From an uncultured Piscirickettsiaceae bacterium (GTDB taxonomy: Bacteria; Pseudomonadota; Gammaproteobacteria; GCF-002020875), in the NCBI GenBank assembly GCA_964344325.1, contig CAYFMX010000010.1, positions 2,332-66,331 on the forward strand: DNA of 64,000 nt. The letters run 5' to 3'. Under the pieces are notes generated by a model. It was not told the DNA's origin and searched no databases. It saw only the letters and a list, made by a program, of their open reading frames with translations. Of this stretch, positions 60,308 through 64,000 are shown one piece after another. The stretch's first letter is position 1. Each line of letters starts with the position of its first letter. The translations under genes and the position numbers were made by a program.

Positions 60308-62401
60308 ATGTCCAATCCAAACAATCCACTACTTGCCTTTGAAACCTTTCCGCCATTTTCCAAAATCCACCCGGAGCATGTGCTCCCTGCCATTGAAACG
60401 CGGCTGAAAACCTGTCGCGAAACGGTCGAAACGCTGCTTGCGCAACCGCAACCACTCACGTGGGAAAATCTGGTCGCGCCGCTGGAACTTGTGGAAGACC
60501 AGCTCAACCGCACCTGGTCGCCGGTGAGCCTTCTCAATGCAGTCGTCAACACGCCAGAATTGCGTGAAGCCTACAATGCCGCATTGCCGCTACTTTCCGA
60601 CTATTCGACGGAGATGGGGCAACATCGCGGCTTATACGATGCTTTTCTTGCGATTTCCGAATCTGCCGATTTCAAAAACCGGTCGCATGAGCAGCAAAAA
60701 GTGATCGAAAATCGGTTACGTGATTTCAAATTGTCTGGCGTGAGTTTGGAGACAGACGAAAAAGAGCGTTACCGCGAAATCAGCCAGAAATTATCCAAAC
60801 TGACCTCAAAATTTAGCGAAAATGTGCTCGACTGCACCAATCAGTGGGAAAAAATGATCACCGATGAAACATTGCTGGCTGGCTTGCCTGAATCCGCGCT
60901 CGCGTTAGCAAAGCAATCTGCAAAAGAGAACGCAGAGGGCGATGAAAAAGCAGAAGAGACAAAAAATCGTTGGCGGTTCACGCTCGAATTCCCCTCCTAT
61001 CTGGCTGTGATGACCTACGCTGACAACCGTGATCTCCGCGCTGAAATGTACGAAGCGTTTGCAACCCGCGCTTCCGAAACTGGGCCACATGATATAGCAC
61101 TCGACAACAGCGCAGTAATGGCAGAAATCCTCGCGCTACGGCAGGAAAAAGCCAAATTACTCGGTTTTGAAAGCTACGCCGACTATTCGCTCGCGACCAA
61201 AATGGCTGATTCTCCCCGGCAAGTGGTCGATTTTCTGGATGATCTTGCTGCCCGTTCGCTCAATTCTGCCAGAGCAGAATTGCAACGGCTACGGGATTTT
61301 GTCGGCATCAAATATTATGAAAACGACTTACAAGCGTGGGACATCGCCTACTACAGCGAAAAGCTCAAGGAGGCCGAGTACGCCATCTCCGAAGAGGAGC
61401 TGAAGCCATGGTTCCCGCTTAATCGCGTGCTGCAGGGGATGTTTGCAGTCGTTGAAAAACTCTACGGCATCCAGATTACCGAAAAAACCGATGTAGCAGA
61501 GATCGACACATGGCATGAATCGGTACAATTCTTCGAAATTACTGATAAAAATGGCGAACATCGTGGCACTTTTTATCTTGACCCTTATGCACGCCCCCAC
61601 AAACGCGGCGGTGCGTGGATGGATGAGTGCGCCGTTCGGCATCGCTCTGCGGAAACCAAACAACAGCCGATTGCCTATTTGGTCTGCAACTTCACCCCGC
61701 CGATTGGTGATGATCCAGCGTTATTGACACATGATGAAGTGGTCACTCTCTTCCATGAGTTTGGACACGGCCTGCACCATCTGCTGACGCAAGTCGATGA
61801 ACATGCAGTTTCCGGCATCAACGGTGTGCCGTGGGATGCGGTCGAATTGCCAAGCCAGTTCCTCGAAAACTGGTGCTGGCAGGAAGAGGCACTGCCACTC
61901 TTTTCTGGCCATTACCAAACCGGGGAAGCATTACCACATGAAAAATTTACGCAATTGCTCGCCTCACGTAATTTCCAGTCGGCGATGGGCATGGTGCGGC
62001 AACTGGAGTTTTCACTGTTTGATTTCAAACTGCACCAGCAGGCTGATGCACCAAAAAATCGCGAAGAAATTTACGCCACTTTAGAAACGGTTCGCGAACA
62101 GGTTTCGGTGATGAAACCGCCCGCATTTAACCGTTTTCCGCACAGTTTTTCACACATTTTCGCAGGAGGCTATGCGGCAGGTTATTACAGCTACAAATGG
62201 GCAGAAGTCTTATCCGCGGATGCGTTTTCCCTGTTTGAAGAACACGGTATTTTCAATACAGAAAAAGGCGAAGCGTTTTTGAATACAATTCTCGCTGTGG
62301 GTGGAACGTATGATTTGATGAAACAGTTTAAGAAATTCCGGGGACGGGAGCCGAAGATTGATGCGTTGTTGAAGCATTCGGGGATTCAATCGGATTCGTA
62401 G
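60308..62401 (+). CDS. prlC: oligopeptidase A (M3 family Zn metallopeptidase)
   Basis: HEFGH zinc motif. M3 family similarity across the full length. Start MSNPNNPLL inside the listed ORF. Confidence 0.9.
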   Translation: MSNPNNPLLAFETFPPFSKIHPEHVLPAIETRLKTCRETVETLLAQPQPLTWENLVAPLELVEDQLNRTWSPVSLLNAVVNTPELREAYNAALPLLSDYSTEMGQHRGLYDAFLAISESADFKNRSHEQQKVIENRLRDFKLSGVSLETDEKERYREISQKLSKLTSKFSENVLDCTNQWEKMITDETLLAGLPESALALAKQSAKENAEGDEKAEETKNRWRFTLEFPSYLAVMTYADNRDLRAEMYEAFATRASETGPHDIALDNSAVMAEILALRQEKAKLLGFESYADYSLATKMADSPRQVVDFLDDLAARSLNSARAELQRLRDFVGIKYYENDLQAWDIAYYSEKLKEAEYAISEEELKPWFPLNRVLQGMFAVVEKLYGIQITEKTDVAEIDTWHESVQFFEITDKNGEHRGTFYLDPYARPHKRGGAWMDECAVRHRSAETKQQPIAYLVCNFTPPIGDDPALLTHDEVVTLFHEFGHGLHHLLTQVDEHAVSGINGVPWDAVELPSQFLENWCWQEEALPLFSGHYQTGEALPHEKFTQLLASRNFQSAMGMVRQLEFSLFDFKLHQQADAPKNREEIYATLETVREQVSVMKPPAFNRFPHSFSHIFAGGYAAGYYSYKWAEVLSADAFSLFEEHGIFNTEKGEAFLNTILAVGGTYDLMKQFKKFRGREPKIDALLKHSGIQSDS

Positions 62402-62461
62402 TTTTCCGGTCTATAAGCAGGCACAATAAGTACCTGCTTCTACCGAAAATTTCTATTCAAC

Positions 62462-63070
62462 TCAACTCTTGGATTGCGCAGCTTTGAGCAATTTCTGACC
62501 CTCTCTAATCGGAACCATTGTCCTCAGAAAGGGAATATTTAAGCTAAGAATCTTTTTCACCTCTCTAGCAGAAATTGGAGTTTCTAACTTAGTAAAACCT
62601 GATAACTCCTGATAATGGCATTCTCCTACATCTCCATTGTAATCACGAATAAGCGTTTCTCCGGGTGCGGTTCCAAATGCAATAACACCAACACCATTTT
62701 CATAAAGAAATACAACATCACCTGACTTGATACGATCAATATTGAATTTCCAAGGATCGTAAAACGCTGCTGCAATTTGCTCCCTTACCATACGATCAGT
62801 ATCTTCAATATTATTCCGCTTATTAGTATTGAGAAGATAATACGAACATTCAGATAAATCCTCCTCTATTTCATCAAGCTTCATAGCCTTCTTTGCTTCT
62901 TCCACTCCATCATCTATCAAAGTGGCCAATGTTTCTTGCTTAGAAAGACCTAAATATTCTGCAAGCTCTTCAACGAAGGAATGTGTTTCTGCTGAAATTC
63001 TTACCGTTGATGCAATTAACTTTGACTTAACAATTTTCTTTTCCTGTAGAAGCGCAGAGATTTTACTCAT
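62462..63070 (-). CDS. hypothetical protein with PUA-like (EVE/ASCH-like) C-terminal domain
   Basis: C-terminal GDVVFLYENGVGVIAFGTAPGE...CHYQELSGFTKLETPIS resembles EVE/PUA-like folds. AT-rich. Probable start MSKISALL. Confidence 0.4.
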   Translation of the reverse strand: MSKISALLQEKKIVKSKLIASTVRISAETHSFVEELAEYLGLSKQETLATLIDDGVEEAKKAMKLDEIEEDLSECSYYLLNTNKRNNIEDTDRMVREQIAAAFYDPWKFNIDRIKSGDVVFLYENGVGVIAFGTAPGETLIRDYNGDVGECHYQELSGFTKLETPISAREVKKILSLNIPFLRTMVPIREGQKLLKAAQSKS

Positions 63071-63264
63071 TGGAATTTCTCCAAAATATGTTAATGAAGA
63101 AACCATAATACCCGAGATTCATATTCGAGTCAAATATGAATCTTATAAGAATCAATAGAGAATCTTAAGTCCACCACCAAATCGTCTCAGTAACAACATC
63201 CTCCAGAGCAGCCCCCTTTTCAGCCAATATATTTCGGATATTCCACATCCAAATCAACCTTCAC

Positions 63265-63564
63265 CTATTTTCTATTCAACCCAAAACTGGGATGACGGTG
63301 ATTGTGCCGAATAGCATCAATCCACACTGTTTCTTCATCCGGACAGCGAAACAAAATCGAATAAGGAAACCGATGCACCAGACAACGCCGCATTTCTTTT
63401 TCAACTTCAACGACTGCATATTGAAATGGATTGTCTGAGATACGCTCCAATGCATCATAAATTTCTGCGCGGAACTCGTTTCCCAAACCAGAACGCTGCT
63501 GATTGTAATAGGCAACTGCATCACTCAAATCTGATATGGAAAGCGGATGATATTCCAGCCTCAC
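63265..63564 (-). CDS. type II toxin-antitoxin system RelE/ParE family toxin
   Basis: 99 aa, ParE-like (RCLVHRFPYSILFRCPDEETVWIDAIRHNHRHP). Preceded by a cognate small antitoxin gene. Confidence 0.7.
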   Translation of the reverse strand: MRLEYHPLSISDLSDAVAYYNQQRSGLGNEFRAEIYDALERISDNPFQYAVVEVEKEMRRCLVHRFPYSILFRCPDEETVWIDAIRHNHRHPSFGLNRK

Positions 63565-63566
63565 AA

Positions 63567-63779
63567 TTATCCCTGACTGGTTCTTCGCATAAATTCTTCA
63601 TGAGAAACTGGCTTTACTAATCCCGATTCCATCTCTGCGTCACGCTGTAACGCAATTGCAAGCCCTTCTGGATCAACCAAATCATTTTCCAAACTTTCCC
63701 ATGCCGCCAAAGCCAACTGTTCCCGCGCTTGCGGTGGCAAAGCGAGCACTTCCTGTTCTAACTGCGCAACACTCAACAT
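63567..63779 (-). CDS. putative addiction-module antitoxin
   Basis: 70-aa acidic protein (LSVAQLEQEVLALPPQAREQLALAAWESLE), the same family as ORF 4385-4570. 2-nt gap to the toxin gene. Confidence 0.6.
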   Translation of the reverse strand: MLSVAQLEQEVLALPPQAREQLALAAWESLENDLVDPEGLAIALQRDAEMESGLVKPVSHEEFMRRTSQG

Positions 63780-63813
63780 AGCTAATTCTCTCTATTTCAC
63801 TTGAAGCCTGAAT

Positions 63814-64000
63814 TTAATTCCGCCGCCAAGTCGTCCCAGTCGCAGCATCTTCTAAAATAACCCCTTTTTCGGTCAGCAAATCCCGAATCCGATCTGATTC
63901 CGCCCAGTTTTTCTCCGCACGCGCCTGCGCACGATCTGCAATCAACTGGTCAATTTCTGCATCAGAAAGCCCATCTTCCCCGGCATCGCCGCGCAAGAAC
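63814..64000 (-). CDS. cysS: cysteine--tRNA ligase, C-terminal end (gene continues beyond window)
   Basis: C-terminal [38 protein letters not shown] matches the conserved CysRS tail. Frame open to the window edge. Confidence 0.8.
   Translation of the reverse strand, partial: FLRGDAGEDGLSDAEIDQLIADRAQARAEKNWAESDRIRDLLTEKGVILEDAATGTTWRRN

Overview
Chromosomal segment of a gammaproteobacterium, roughly 45-48% GC with AT-rich islets. The lifestyle looks microaerophilic: the full cbb3 oxidase cluster ccoNOQP-ccoGHIS is present, along with a dihaem cytochrome c peroxidase and a group-2 truncated haemoglobin. Conserved housekeeping backbone: mdh, pyrE, the lptD-surA-pdxA-rsmA-(apaG)-apaH cell-envelope cluster with divergent amgK-murU, the hrcA-grpE-dnaK-dnaJ heat-shock operon with a CIRCE-like element and a sigma-32-type promoter, prfC, kdsD, rne, mfd, purE, topA, dprA, prlC and the 3' end of cysS. 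Between these lie several accessory insertions:
(1) A three-gene array of small, unrecognisable, same-orientation ORFs sits where apaG is expected, between rsmA and apaH. Each ORF is followed by a structured imperfect-palindromic repeat ending in GCGTTAGSC, and the array is headed by a region carrying a GTTAGCT core plus direct repeats. This is attC/attI-like organisation with no integrase in the window.
(2) An IS3 remnant disrupts a tyrosine-integrase remnant beside tRNA-Ser.
(3) A ZIP-family metal transporter carries two cyclic-nucleotide-binding domains in its cytoplasmic loop.
(4) A polytopic membrane protein contains a 180-bp in-frame hexanucleotide repeat, (GCT-GGC/TTC/GTC)30.
(5) An AT-rich two-gene islet lies between purE and topA.
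(6) Several toxin-antitoxin modules are present: two ParE/RelE toxin plus antitoxin pairs, one DUF4258-DUF2283 pair, and an orphan Xre/MbcA/ParS-like antitoxin next to a secreted ankyrin-repeat protein.
(7) An AT-rich small gene has been inserted between grpE and dnaK behind the sigma-32-type promoter.
The ORF track uses alternative start codons; several real starts lie inside the listed ORFs and are given where inferable.
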